Positions 39,567 through 50,270 of a stretch of DNA of 64,000 bases are shown piece by piece. The DNA comes from a virus: positions 10,328-74,327 of the IMG/VR virus record IMGVR_UViG_3300019757_000093. The stretch is one strand, 5' to 3'. Within the stretch, counting starts at the first letter, position 1. The number at the start of each line of letters is the position of its first letter. The notes below the pieces were generated by a model, which was not told where the DNA came from, did no database searches, and saw nothing but the letters and a program-made list of their open reading frames with translations. Both the position numbers and the translations under genes were made by a program.

Positions 39567-40787
39567 ATGGATATTAATATAAAAAATATAATAAGTATTA
39601 CTAATGAAGATTTAGTTTATGAAAAAGATACTACTATTACTCAGATGAATAAGAACTCATCTGGGACTTTAGGTAACTTATTAGAAAAAGTAAGAATACC
39701 TACTAAAGATATAGTACTAGGTAGAATTAATAGAGTTGACTTTATACCATTAATAAAAGAGGGGATTCCAACTTGGAAATTCGATACTAGAAGTTATTTT
39801 GATAGTGGTTTCCCAGATGAAATAGAGTTATTCATGACTTTATATTATAAAGAAAATAAAGAAGATAGAAGTTATACTATCCAAAGAATATTTAAAGATA
39901 CTGAATTTATAATAGATCTAAGTACTATAGATAAGGACATAAAATCCCTAGAAAAGTTAGATATTAAAATTGGTACCAAATTTCAAAATAAAGAAGATTA
40001 TTTTTATAGAACATGTGATTTAAAAAAGATAGAGAGTAGTTTTTATTTATATGATTACTATATTAGAGAAGTACCTATTCCAGCTTTTCAATTAAATAAT
40101 ATATCTTCTTTACCAAATCATTTAAAAAATAAAAGCACTAAATTATTAGAAACTATTAATCAATTTAAATTACCTAATCTAAATAAAGTACCATTAAATA
40201 AATTCTCGGAAAGAATTTATATTTATGATATTCCTTATTTTGAAGACGGTTTAGTTGAATCGTGGAATAGTGCCTTAGTACCAGAGTTTCAATCTGGGTT
40301 AACACGCTATCTTAATAAAACGAAATTTAGTAAAATTGGGGAAGAGCAAATATTTATTAGAACTCCTAAATTACCAGATGATAATCCAGGTAATGAATAT
40401 AACTATTATATTTATATGGATGATAACTTCTATAATATAGCTATAGCTATATCTAGCAACCAGCTAATTAAAAAATTTCAAAGCGAAATAAATAGGGATC
40501 TGTCTTTATTTGTAAAAGAAATATTTTTGAGAGAAACGGATATTTATGGAATTGATATTGGTACAATGAAACTATCTTTTATTAAATACAAAAGATTAAG
40601 TACTTCTGATTTAAATGTAGTTTATTTTGTACCAGTACGATGTAAGGTACAACCATTAAATTATGGAGCTGTGGAATATTCCCCACCCGTAGTAAATATG
40701 CTTGGAAATACACAAACCATTATTCATAAGACTGGAATCTTTTCAGCTGGAATGGGGTCTGTATTCTATTTTGCTAAACAAAAGTAA
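39567..40787 (+). CDS. Hypothetical protein, probably virion
   Basis: GGAGG SD; context. Confidence 0.7.
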   Translation: MDINIKNIISITNEDLVYEKDTTITQMNKNSSGTLGNLLEKVRIPTKDIVLGRINRVDFIPLIKEGIPTWKFDTRSYFDSGFPDEIELFMTLYYKENKEDRSYTIQRIFKDTEFIIDLSTIDKDIKSLEKLDIKIGTKFQNKEDYFYRTCDLKKIESSFYLYDYYIREVPIPAFQLNNISSLPNHLKNKSTKLLETINQFKLPNLNKVPLNKFSERIYIYDIPYFEDGLVESWNSALVPEFQSGLTRYLNKTKFSKIGEEQIFIRTPKLPDDNPGNEYNYYIYMDDNFYNIAIAISSNQLIKKFQSEINRDLSLFVKEIFLRETDIYGIDIGTMKLSFIKYKRLSTSDLNVVYFVPVRCKVQPLNYGAVEYSPPVVNMLGNTQTIIHKTGIFSAGMGSVFYFAKQK

Positions 40788-40821
40788 ATAATTAAGATAT
40801 AAAGATATTAAAAAAGAAAGG

Positions 40822-42774
40822 ATGCCTATGAGCACACTAGGAGGTAGTATAATTACTACAGCAGGTTTAAACGCCTTAGTTGAAACTGGATCAAGTATTG
40901 TTCCAAAATATTTCAAATTCAGTTCTCAAGATCTATCGTTAGATGCTGATCTAACGGAAGATGATTTTACTGGTTGGATAGAACAAGATATTAATTTATA
41001 TCAAAAAATAGATGATAGTACGATAGAATTTGTCTGTGACGTTCTTCCCGATATAGCTACAGAAAATACATCAGTATGTGGATTATTTTTAGAAGATGGT
41101 ACATTATTTATGTTGGCGAAAGCCCCAAATATATTCCCATCGGATTTAAGACAAACCTTCAGAATTCAATTAGTATATGAAAATGTAGATGCGGTAGTAG
41201 ATTTTAAATATATAGATTTAAGTAATACTGATATTAAATTTGATGAAGTGCGGGAAGAAATAATAGTGCTTCGAGCTGAAATTGCATCCGATATAGCTAC
41301 AGCAGTAAGTACTTTAGAAATAAAAGTAGATAATAACGCTGGAGATATATCGAATTTAGGATTAGAAGATGTTGCTTTAAATTCAAGAATAGATTCATTA
41401 ACTACGGTAGTTCAGGATAATAAAAATACTTTAGATACTAAAGATATTGAACAAGATACTAGAATGGATAATATTGAAAGTAATTCTAGTATTAGAATTA
41501 CCTTAGAAGATAATTTATTAAATGGACTTAGAACTGATCTTGATGCAGAGATAGCCGATACAGACGATAAACTTAGAATTATTACTGACGATATAGAAGT
41601 ACTTAGATTAAATTCAGGTGGGGATACTATTGATTATACAAATTTAATTAATGGAAATAAAGATTTGGCTGATGATGAATTCAGGGTTATTACCGAGAAT
41701 ATTGAAAATATAGAGGCTACTTTATCTAGTAATTCCGGAACTATTACTTCTTTAGAAACTACATTAAATAATAATAAAGCTTCTTTAGATACGAATATTA
41801 ATATATTAAGAAATGATTTAAATGATGAAATAGCTTCTACTAATACGGAGATAACTACTCTTACTAATAATTTAAATACTAACGTAAGTAATCTACAAAC
41901 AAGCATTATTAATAATACTAATGCTATTGCTTTATTAGAATCAAATGATGGTGGGGCATTACAAACAGAATTAACTTTATTAACTGAAACAGTTATTACT
42001 AATAATAATAAGGCGATTCTAAGAAATACATCAACTAGAGAATATATAGATACTGAAATAGCTATAGTTGATAATAAAACTAGTATAACTGAAACTAGTA
42101 TTAATAATCTAAATAATTCATTAAATATATTAGATACGACAGTTACTGATTTAGGTACTTTACAGAATGATAATAATATAGCAAGAATACAAGAAATTGC
42201 CTCTATTAATTCTATCTTAAGTACAGTACCAAGTGGGGAAGAATTAACTATTGTGGTTTCAAATGTATATAAAGCAGTGGAAGATATTGAAGCTCATACT
42301 GTATTAATAGATGATAATACAGCCTCGATATCTAATATAGATACTAGTAAATGGGATCATGCTAGAACAATTACTCTTAGCGGAGATTTATCAGGAAATG
42401 TATCTATAGATGGTAGTTCAGATGTAACACTTAATGCTACGTTTGAAGGGGAAACATTACCAGCTGGTGGTACAATAGGACAGGTACTTACAAATAGTGG
42501 TCCTGGAATTGGATCTTGGATCGATGCACCAAATATCAGTAAAGTTAAATATGAACAATCTATTAATAGTAATGGGGAATATAGTATTACAGTTCCAGAT
42601 CCAGAAAATGTTATAGTAAATGTTATGGTTCTTGATCCAGATTCTGGAAGTCCAACTTATAATAGATATATTAACGCAGAAGCTGTTTCAGTTATTAGTC
42701 TTACTTCAACTCAAGTAAAGGTTAATAATTTATACGAAATGGCTTTAATGTTTAAAATTCTAATCTGGAGCTAA
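40822..42774 (+). CDS. Tail fibre protein (tail-collar-like N-domain, coiled-coil shaft)
   Basis: IITTAGLNAL, CGLFLEDGTLFMLA; heptad repeats; ARTITLSGDLSGNVSIDGS and LPAGGTIGQVL fibre motifs. Confidence 0.8.
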   Translation: MPMSTLGGSIITTAGLNALVETGSSIVPKYFKFSSQDLSLDADLTEDDFTGWIEQDINLYQKIDDSTIEFVCDVLPDIATENTSVCGLFLEDGTLFMLAKAPNIFPSDLRQTFRIQLVYENVDAVVDFKYIDLSNTDIKFDEVREEIIVLRAEIASDIATAVSTLEIKVDNNAGDISNLGLEDVALNSRIDSLTTVVQDNKNTLDTKDIEQDTRMDNIESNSSIRITLEDNLLNGLRTDLDAEIADTDDKLRIITDDIEVLRLNSGGDTIDYTNLINGNKDLADDEFRVITENIENIEATLSSNSGTITSLETTLNNNKASLDTNINILRNDLNDEIASTNTEITTLTNNLNTNVSNLQTSIINNTNAIALLESNDGGALQTELTLLTETVITNNNKAILRNTSTREYIDTEIAIVDNKTSITETSINNLNNSLNILDTTVTDLGTLQNDNNIARIQEIASINSILSTVPSGEELTIVVSNVYKAVEDIEAHTVLIDDNTASISNIDTSKWDHARTITLSGDLSGNVSIDGSSDVTLNATFEGETLPAGGTIGQVLTNSGPGIGSWIDAPNISKVKYEQSINSNGEYSITVPDPENVIVNVMVLDPDSGSPTYNRYINAEAVSVISLTSTQVKVNNLYEMALMFKILIWS

Positions 42775-42775
42775 T

Positions 42776-44263
42776 ATGGCAGGTGAATTAATTAATTTAA
42801 ATCCCGGTCCAAGTATATATCCAAATAATTCTTTATCCTTAACTGGGACAAAAGATCCAGAGGTACAAAGTATTATATATACTACTAATGGGGATAGTCC
42901 AACCTTAGCAAAATATATAGCTTATGATACTTTAAATCCACCTAATCCTTTTATTGCTACTGTTCAAGATGGTAGGGGTAATGTAATTTTTGATGGTGGT
43001 TTTCCTAAATGGTATGATATCTATTGGAATTCGGCTTCATCATTTAGTGCTTTAAATGCCTCATGTAAATATTTATATAATGGTATAAAATTTATAGCCA
43101 ATAAAGAAAAAGAAGCCAATGGTAATAAAAAAATATTAGTTCTTGGAGATGCTGATTCAGGGGCAGGTTATAATATTATGCAAGGTGGTTCTCATAATTT
43201 TCATAATACTTTAAGTGGAGTAGGTTCTTTAGCTGGATACGATTTAGTTTTTAAAACTAGATCTAGTTATGGTAGTGTTTTAGATCCATCTTATACCGAG
43301 TTAGATCAATATGTTGCTTGTATCTTTTTTAGTACTGTATATACTGATTCTCAACTTATTACCGATACAGCTATTTCTAATTTTGGGGCCTTTCGAGAGG
43401 CTGGAAATGGTATTTTCTTTATTACTGATCATGGAACTGGGCACGGACCTGGTACTACTGGTTTTTATAGTACAGCGAATTATGTTATGACTCAATTTGG
43501 GGCATACTTCGAAGGAAATTTTACTAGAAGTCCAGTTAATGTTGGTTTCTTACGAGCTAATTATGGAGACCATCCTTTATATAATAATCTGGATGATTCC
43601 GAGTATATACATGCTGGTGGTTCAGAATCAAAAGTATTTGTAACTGAATATACTAAATATACTTCTCCGCCTAATATTACAATTTCGGGAGAGGGTTATC
43701 ATAATGTACGATTTTTATTACAATTGCAAAATGGTGAAATTATTACTGAATCATATACTTATGGTTTACAAGTACCAGAGCTCGTTGATTTTAAAGATTA
43801 TACTGGTACTGTAATAAGCGATCCAGAACCAACACTATTAAATCATTATCGATTAAATTTTACTTTAAATCATGATACTTATCCAGTTATATCTGGTCTT
43901 ATTAAAAATGGGGATGTTGTAAAAGGAACCTTTAGTAGTAATTCATTTCAGAATGGTATAGCTAGTGTTTCTTGGTTAGAGGGTAATGATAATATATTTT
44001 TAAATGATGGTAATAAAGTAACCGTTCAAGTTCAGACTCCCTTTTCTTATTTTAAAAATATAGATTCGGGTAGAGTTTATGTTCCTAGAAATGGAGTTTC
44101 TTTAGCTAGAAATATACAAAGCTTAAATCAATTAGAACTACATGGAAATCCTTTTAAATTATTAAGTAATTCTGATAATAATTTAATTTTTCCATCTACT
44201 GTTAGCTTACCATTTAAATTAAATAAATTATATAATACTCTTACTGATAATGTAGATGTATAA
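42776..44263 (+). CDS. Fibre-associated / receptor-binding protein
   Basis: Abuts the fibre gene; IIYTTNGDSPT Fn3-associated-like motif; DGGFPK...GNGIFFITDHG domain. Confidence 0.55.
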   Translation: MAGELINLNPGPSIYPNNSLSLTGTKDPEVQSIIYTTNGDSPTLAKYIAYDTLNPPNPFIATVQDGRGNVIFDGGFPKWYDIYWNSASSFSALNASCKYLYNGIKFIANKEKEANGNKKILVLGDADSGAGYNIMQGGSHNFHNTLSGVGSLAGYDLVFKTRSSYGSVLDPSYTELDQYVACIFFSTVYTDSQLITDTAISNFGAFREAGNGIFFITDHGTGHGPGTTGFYSTANYVMTQFGAYFEGNFTRSPVNVGFLRANYGDHPLYNNLDDSEYIHAGGSESKVFVTEYTKYTSPPNITISGEGYHNVRFLLQLQNGEIITESYTYGLQVPELVDFKDYTGTVISDPEPTLLNHYRLNFTLNHDTYPVISGLIKNGDVVKGTFSSNSFQNGIASVSWLEGNDNIFLNDGNKVTVQVQTPFSYFKNIDSGRVYVPRNGVSLARNIQSLNQLELHGNPFKLLSNSDNNLIFPSTVSLPFKLNKLYNTLTDNVDV

Positions 44264-44295
44264 TTATATGAAAGAAGAGGCTAATAATAGTATCC

Positions 44296-44307
44296 AACAA
44301 AGATATA
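44296..44307 (+). promoter_or_regulatory. Putative late promoter AACAAA-GATA-TA
   Basis: Motif ends 22 nt before ATG 44329. Confidence 0.65.
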
Positions 44308-44328
44308 TTATAAAATTAAAGGAAAATT

Positions 44329-45489
44329 ATGAGTATTTATGAAGGGAGTGTATTAACTAATCGGTGTATAGATAAGATTACTAAAACCGATGAAAAATTA
44401 GTACCAAAATATTTCAAATTTAGTTCCGATAAAAAAATAATTCATGCAGACTTTGAAGATAAAGATCTCAAAGATTGGTATTCTGGTGATATTACTTCTT
44501 GTCTTATGACAGGAAATGATAGAATAGAATTTACTTGTGAAGTTCCAAGAGAAAAAGCAAAAAAAAGTACTAATCTCTGTGGTTTATATCTAGAAGATGG
44601 ATCATTATTTATGGTGGCAAGGGTTAAATACCCTATACCATCTAAATTGAAACAGAAATTTAAGATAAAACTAACACATAAGAATATTTTGGATCGAATG
44701 GATTTAAAATATATTATTCAACAAAAAATAGATAATGATCAAATTTTTAATAAAGATAATTTACCTGACTTTAATAGTTATTTAAATACATCTCATGATT
44801 TAAAAAAGAAAAAAGAATCTAAGTATAATGATGATAATGATGATTCTAATATATACAAAAATAAATCACCTAAACCACCTAAATCTAAGCATGTTGAAGA
44901 TAAATATCATGATAAGAATAATAAATATCAAATAACTAAATATCATTTTCATAAGAAACATATTCATGATGATGAACTTTGTGAGTACAGAGACGAAGAG
45001 GATCATGAAGATAAATATCAAACTACTAATTATCATTTTCATGATAAGCATGTTCATAACGATATCCTATGCGATTATAGAGACAATGATCAGGACGATG
45101 ATGATGATTGCGACGATAATAAAGAAATAAATTGTACATGTGGAGAAACTCCAGATCCAGAATGCGATTTCCATTACGGACATGGTCACGGACATGGTCA
45201 TCACGATGCTGATTGTGGTGAAGATTTAGCTCGTACTGGAACATTGGTACCATATTGTGAGAGGGACATTCTTATAGTAGGTAACAAATTCATAAGCAAG
45301 TATATACCTGAAGACATTGGTAGTTATTGTGTTAATAATACAATAGAGATTATGTATGATGACGAAGAATTAGGTTGTTTGTATGATGCGTATTACGATA
45401 TCATTTTTCATGATGGAGAATGGATCTTAAATACATTTGAATATGATGGAGCGAAAGCTACGGTAACATATTTTCATAGAGTTCTTTAA
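44329..45489 (+). CDS. Second fibre-type protein: N-domain paralogous to 40822, His/Asp/Cys-rich middle
   Basis: VPKYFKFSS, IEFTCEV and CGLYLEDGSLFMVA match 40822; HYGHGHGHGHH. Confidence 0.7.
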   Translation: MSIYEGSVLTNRCIDKITKTDEKLVPKYFKFSSDKKIIHADFEDKDLKDWYSGDITSCLMTGNDRIEFTCEVPREKAKKSTNLCGLYLEDGSLFMVARVKYPIPSKLKQKFKIKLTHKNILDRMDLKYIIQQKIDNDQIFNKDNLPDFNSYLNTSHDLKKKKESKYNDDNDDSNIYKNKSPKPPKSKHVEDKYHDKNNKYQITKYHFHKKHIHDDELCEYRDEEDHEDKYQTTNYHFHDKHVHNDILCDYRDNDQDDDDDCDDNKEINCTCGETPDPECDFHYGHGHGHGHHDADCGEDLARTGTLVPYCERDILIVGNKFISKYIPEDIGSYCVNNTIEIMYDDEELGCLYDAYYDIIFHDGEWILNTFEYDGAKATVTYFHRVL

Positions 45490-45569
45490 TTTATTAAAGA
45501 CTCGATAGTCCCCCTGACAATAACTGGTATCCATAGGATATAAAGGATTTTATTTAATTAAGGATTTTT

Positions 45570-47129
45570 ATGGCATTCCAAGGTTTAAAAATTAGACATA
45601 AAAAATCGATTGCTGGTTTAACTCAAGAACTAGCAGGTATGGTATTAGCGACTAGTACAGAAGTTGCAAGAGCGCAAGCTGCTGAAGCTCAATTAGGTTC
45701 AGACATTGCTGCTGAAGCTGCAAGAGCCCAAGGTGTTGAAGGTTCATTAGGTAACTTAGTTACTGAGAACAAGACGTCATTAGTTAATAGTATCAATGAA
45801 TTGCATCAAGATGCTATCAATGAAAAAGCTTTCAAAGATACTTCTCTTTCTGCTGTAAATACTAGAATTGATACAGAAATTAATGATAGAACTGCTGGAG
45901 ATTTAAATCTTCAAAATCAAATTAATTTACTAGAAACTGCAAGTGGTGGAGATACTGCTGCTCTTCAAACTGCATTAGCAGATGAAATTGCTAGAGCAAC
46001 TACAGCGGAACAAGCAAATGGCGCTGCTATTACTTCTGAAGTAGGTACTAGAATTTCTGAAATTACTAGAGTTGAGGGGTTAATTTCTCAAGAGGCTACT
46101 AATAGAACTAATGAAGATTTAGCTATTGATGGAAGACTTGATATTATTGAAGCTGGTATGACTGCTGGTACATTATGGAAAGGTTCTGTTGAAAATGTAT
46201 CTGACTTAGATGGTTTGGATGAATCGGCTCAAGTTGATGGTTTTGCTTACTCAGTAACATCTCAAAATGATGCCTATGTATATACTTCTACAAGTGCGGG
46301 CGATTACCAACCTGTAGGATATACTGGTGGATTTATTAAGTTTGCTGACTTTACAGAAATTTCTCAATTAGTTAACGGAGAAGAAGCTAGAGCTGTTGCA
46401 GCTGAAGGTGTTCTTACTACTGCATTAGCTAATGAAATTGCTGATAGAGTTGCTGCTGATGCTGCTCATACTCAACTTATTACTGACGAAGTTACTAGAA
46501 GTACTGCTGAAGATGCAACTTTAAATGCTGCATTAGCTGCCGAGGTTACTGCTAGAGAAAATGGAGATACAAATCTTCAAACTCAAATTGATAACTTAGG
46601 TGGAACAACAGGTGCTGCGGATGCTATCCAAGATTCTAGACTTGACGTAATCGAAGGTGATTATACAGTTGCTGGTTCAGTTGAGAAAGCTCTTTTTGAT
46701 GCTAAAGCATATGCTGATACAGAAAAATTAGCTAAATCTATGAACTTAGCCGACGTCGCTGATGTACCTGCTGCAAGAATTAATCTTGACGTAATGAGTA
46801 CTTCTGAAATTTCAGAAGCTATTAGATTAGGTGGATCTGTTCCAATTTTCGATACAGTTGTTGTATCAGGAGATAAAGTAACATTTACTGAAGTACCTAA
46901 AAATGGTGTTATCTTTGGTGGTGTTATCGAAGTTGAGTATACAGAAAATGGATACATGATTACAGATAGAGTTACTGCTAATCCAGATCCAGCGGATGCT
47001 ACAGGTAAAGTTTTCATCTTAGACGTTGAAACTTCTAACATGTATGATACAAACGAAGCTTCTGCTACATATATTTATGTTGAAGACGCATCTGGTATTG
47101 ATGGTGGAGTTGATGGAAGTACTATCTAA
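45570..47129 (+). CDS. Abundant alpha-helical fibre protein with E..RA..AE repeats
   Basis: EVARAQAAE, EIARATTAE, EEARAVAAE; NLADVADVPAARINL; capsid-like codon bias. Confidence 0.7.
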   Translation: MAFQGLKIRHKKSIAGLTQELAGMVLATSTEVARAQAAEAQLGSDIAAEAARAQGVEGSLGNLVTENKTSLVNSINELHQDAINEKAFKDTSLSAVNTRIDTEINDRTAGDLNLQNQINLLETASGGDTAALQTALADEIARATTAEQANGAAITSEVGTRISEITRVEGLISQEATNRTNEDLAIDGRLDIIEAGMTAGTLWKGSVENVSDLDGLDESAQVDGFAYSVTSQNDAYVYTSTSAGDYQPVGYTGGFIKFADFTEISQLVNGEEARAVAAEGVLTTALANEIADRVAADAAHTQLITDEVTRSTAEDATLNAALAAEVTARENGDTNLQTQIDNLGGTTGAADAIQDSRLDVIEGDYTVAGSVEKALFDAKAYADTEKLAKSMNLADVADVPAARINLDVMSTSEISEAIRLGGSVPIFDTVVVSGDKVTFTEVPKNGVIFGGVIEVEYTENGYMITDRVTANPDPADATGKVFILDVETSNMYDTNEASATYIYVEDASGIDGGVDGSTI

Positions 47130-47144
47130 TCGATAGTTCAACCT

Positions 47145-47211
47145 ATATTTAGATAAGGATAAACCTTATCTAAATATTCCTGTCGCTCAAATTCATAAGA
47201 ACTAAAAATTA
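47145..47211 (+). promoter_or_regulatory. Hairpin+TTCCTGTC element and AACTAA-AAAT-TA promoter motif
   Basis: ATATTTAGATAAGG/CCTTATCTAAATAT, TTCCTGTC at 47177, AACT at 47200. Confidence 0.75.
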
Positions 47212-47231
47212 TAAAAATAAAAGGAATACCT

Positions 47232-47855
47232 ATGGAAAAAATTATATTTGAAGAAGACAAATTATGTTCATCTTCTTTTAATAAAAGAATTGCTAAAGAA
47301 CTAGACTATAAAAAAGTTAAAGTTTTTATTGGTGGAATTAAGTACAAGTTACTTAAAGTAGAGTTTGCTATTAGTGCAACTGAAATGGATACTGGTTATC
47401 ATTTAATTGATACTAAGACAAATGAATTATTATCTTCTGAAGTTTACGATGGACCAGGAAGTATTTATTTAGATTACCAAGATGAGATAGAAAGTATTCA
47501 AATTGGGAAGAAAATGTATTTTCCAGGAAGTTATCAAAAGAAAGACGTACTTAAATTATTTGAAGATGGTTTTGATATTTATTTATTAATAGATACATTT
47601 CCTCAATTAAATGGTAAGCAAATGGCACAAAAATTTAAAGACCTTCAAAAATTAGAATGGTGTAAAGTAGCTAAAATAAATAAAGCATTTATCGGATCCC
47701 CGTTTGCTTATGTACTTACTACTGTAAGAACTAGAATTCAATTACCATTTGAATTTAGAACACTTAAAGAATTAGAACAGAATAATATTTCCGTGGTTTC
47801 CGCTATTAGAAATGAAAATAATTTATTAGTAGAATTAAGAGAAGTAAATAAGTAA
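47232..47855 (+). CDS. Hypothetical protein
   Basis: 207-aa ORF with SD and its own promoter motif. Confidence 0.7.
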   Translation: MEKIIFEEDKLCSSSFNKRIAKELDYKKVKVFIGGIKYKLLKVEFAISATEMDTGYHLIDTKTNELLSSEVYDGPGSIYLDYQDEIESIQIGKKMYFPGSYQKKDVLKLFEDGFDIYLLIDTFPQLNGKQMAQKFKDLQKLEWCKVAKINKAFIGSPFAYVLTTVRTRIQLPFEFRTLKELEQNNISVVSAIRNENNLLVELREVNK

Positions 47856-47862
47856 AATAATT

Positions 47863-47913
47863 AAATCCCTTCGGGGATTTTCCTGTCCCAGATTAACGAA
47901 GAACTAAACCTTA
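47863..47913 (+). promoter_or_regulatory. Hairpin(UUCG)+TTCCTGTC element and AACTAA-ACCT-TA promoter motif
   Basis: TTCCTGTC at 47880, AACT at 47902. Confidence 0.75.
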
Positions 47914-47932
47914 TAAAAATAAAGGAGAAACA

Positions 47933-50023
47933 ATGCCCAATATTATAACAGATGCTATAGTAGTACCAGCAGAAATATTTAATATTGTTCCAGAAATAGA
48001 AGATATGAGATCCTTTCCATATCCTGGAGCTATATTTAGTACCGCTCAATATATAGATAGATTTAGTATTTTTATTACTTTTGAATTGAACCCAGTATCC
48101 TATTACGCTGATCAACCTCTTAGTATTAATAAAACCGATTTATCAGCAGACACTATATCTCAATTAGATTTAACAGAATTTGGATTTGATGGAAAAGTAT
48201 CTGACTTAGCTAATATAGAAGCCATTAAACAATTAACTGGTACTAATGTATTAAATGAAATGCAGAATTCCGTTAATATTATGGATAACCTAGAAGAGTT
48301 AAAAGCCAATCCATTAAACCAAGTAAGTTGTCCAGAATTAACTACAGAAGAACAATTAGAATTAGAAGAAGCTAATTTAATGACTACTGAGATTAGAGAT
48401 ACTGAAGGAAATGTAATTGAAACTATTCAAACTCAATTATCCGAACAGCCTTTTAGTTGTCCTAATAGTACGGATCCAGCCGCCGAACTTACTGCCAATA
48501 TATTAAATGGTTTAGTAATTCCTAGTGCAGATAATCCATTGGATACTAGTACCGAACCAGCAGTATGTCATATTCCAGAAGGCCCTTATCAAGATATCGT
48601 TAAAGATGCTTTAACTACAGCGGAAGTACAAACTAATGTAACTACCCTTGATGTTAATAATATAACTAATAGTTTAACTGCGGTAGTAGATCGACAATTA
48701 GAACTTATTGGAAATAATACGGCTATTGATCCAGATACTGCAGAAGAAAACGTTGAAGTAATTAAAGATATGCTTGATGATGTTGAGTTGGTACAATACG
48801 GTATTCCAGTACTTGTTATTAATAAAGAATTAAATATTATTATTCAAATAGTCAATGGAGAATTACGAGTACTTAATTTTGATAAATTCATTACAGATAT
48901 ACCTGGATTAGAAATTCCAAATACCCCAAGTGGTTTTAAACCTAATATTTCTACATTAAATCCTGAATTAAAAATTGATATAGTTGAGAACCCTGGCGCC
49001 AGAATTCTACCAGGTATTAAATATACTCTTATGTATTCTAGAAGATTTAATAATCATAAAATAGAATTACAAAGAGAATTTAAAGATGAAGTCTATCAGG
49101 CCGAAGCAGTTGCTGGTATAGATACTGGTATGTTTTATTTAGGTACAGATAAAGCTGGGTTAAAACATTTCTGTGGAAAATTTCACGATGTTCATTTAAC
49201 TTTAGATGGTTCCGATTCAGTTCGAAATTATAATCGTCAAAATTCATTTATGAATGAAATTTATGGGGCATTAGCTTTTTACGATTTCTATAATCCAGGA
49301 GATTCTATTTCTAATCAAGCTCTTAGTAGAATTAAATTTAATAAAGTTTATCCTTATAAGAATATTACTAATGCTATTAGTATGAGAGGAGATTGGAAAT
49401 TAGAAGATAGATTGACTAATAATTATACTTTTATGAATCATGGATTCATAGATGATATTTTCTGTAAAGATTTCTTCTTGAAAAAATCTTTTACTATTAG
49501 CGTATGGATTAATAAAAATAGAAGGTTAGATAATCCAGAGGATTTTCGATATAAAAAGAGACAAATGATTATATCTGATAATATTAATGAGAATTATTTT
49601 TGGTATGATGAAAGCACATATGAATTTAATATTCAATTTCATGGTTTTCATTATCGAATGTTCTTTAATATTATTCCTCAACTATGGAATATGGTAACGT
49701 TTAGATACTCAGCCGAACTTCAAAAGTTTTATTTAGATGTAAAAATTAAAACTAAAGATATAGATGGAATTTATACAACTGAAACATTCTCGGAAGAATT
49801 TCAGTTAGACACCGATTTAGAAGTAGCTAATAAAAAAGAATTTAGATTACTTAATATTTTTGCAGAGTATATTTGGGATAAGAAAGAACATCAAAATATT
49901 TTTGATTGTTTAAGCGGTCCTATTATTCTTTACGATAATTTCCAAACTGATTTAATTATTAATAATAATTTTGAAAATCAATGGCCTGTGTTAGATGAGT
50001 ACTTACTCTCTGGAATTTCATAG
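47933..50023 (+). CDS. Putative virion protein with C-terminal ConA/LamG-like domain(s)
   Basis: SFTISVWIN, WNMVTFRY and FCGKFHDV motifs. Confidence 0.55.
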   Translation: MPNIITDAIVVPAEIFNIVPEIEDMRSFPYPGAIFSTAQYIDRFSIFITFELNPVSYYADQPLSINKTDLSADTISQLDLTEFGFDGKVSDLANIEAIKQLTGTNVLNEMQNSVNIMDNLEELKANPLNQVSCPELTTEEQLELEEANLMTTEIRDTEGNVIETIQTQLSEQPFSCPNSTDPAAELTANILNGLVIPSADNPLDTSTEPAVCHIPEGPYQDIVKDALTTAEVQTNVTTLDVNNITNSLTAVVDRQLELIGNNTAIDPDTAEENVEVIKDMLDDVELVQYGIPVLVINKELNIIIQIVNGELRVLNFDKFITDIPGLEIPNTPSGFKPNISTLNPELKIDIVENPGARILPGIKYTLMYSRRFNNHKIELQREFKDEVYQAEAVAGIDTGMFYLGTDKAGLKHFCGKFHDVHLTLDGSDSVRNYNRQNSFMNEIYGALAFYDFYNPGDSISNQALSRIKFNKVYPYKNITNAISMRGDWKLEDRLTNNYTFMNHGFIDDIFCKDFFLKKSFTISVWINKNRRLDNPEDFRYKKRQMIISDNINENYFWYDESTYEFNIQFHGFHYRMFFNIIPQLWNMVTFRYSAELQKFYLDVKIKTKDIDGIYTTETFSEEFQLDTDLEVANKKEFRLLNIFAEYIWDKKEHQNIFDCLSGPIILYDNFQTDLIINNNFENQWPVLDEYLLSGIS

Positions 50024-50028
50024 AATTA

Positions 50029-50054
50029 GCTAATAGCTAGCTCACTATACTAAG
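50029..50054. repeat. AGCT-rich dispersed repeat, 26-bp form
   Basis: Identical to 6441..6466. Confidence 0.9.
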
Positions 50055-50095
50055 CTAAACTATTATTAGCTATTTAATTAAAAAAGGAATAAATA

Positions 50096-50269
50096 ATGAT
50101 CGATAAGATTATGACCGAAGAAGAATTTTTAGAGGAATGTAAAATTTCTTCGGATAATGAAATACCAATAGAGAGGGTTACTTTTAGGGTAGAGACAGCA
50201 GAAATGATAGTTCAAACTTTTATGGAGTATATTGAAGAAGAAGATTTAGAACTTTCAGAGGCTTTATAA
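50096..50269 (+). CDS. 57-aa acidic protein, not in the ORF track
   Basis: AAGGA SD; MIDKIMTEEEFLEECKISSDNEIPIERVTFRVETAEMIVQTFMEYIEEEDLELSEAL. Confidence 0.65.
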   Translation: MIDKIMTEEEFLEECKISSDNEIPIERVTFRVETAEMIVQTFMEYIEEEDLELSEAL

Positions 50270-50270
50270 T

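Noticed and set aside
40436-40470. ATAGCTATAGCTAT inside CDS 39567 as another repeat copy
   Set aside because: Explained by Ile-Ala-Ile-Ala codons and lacks the CACTATA core
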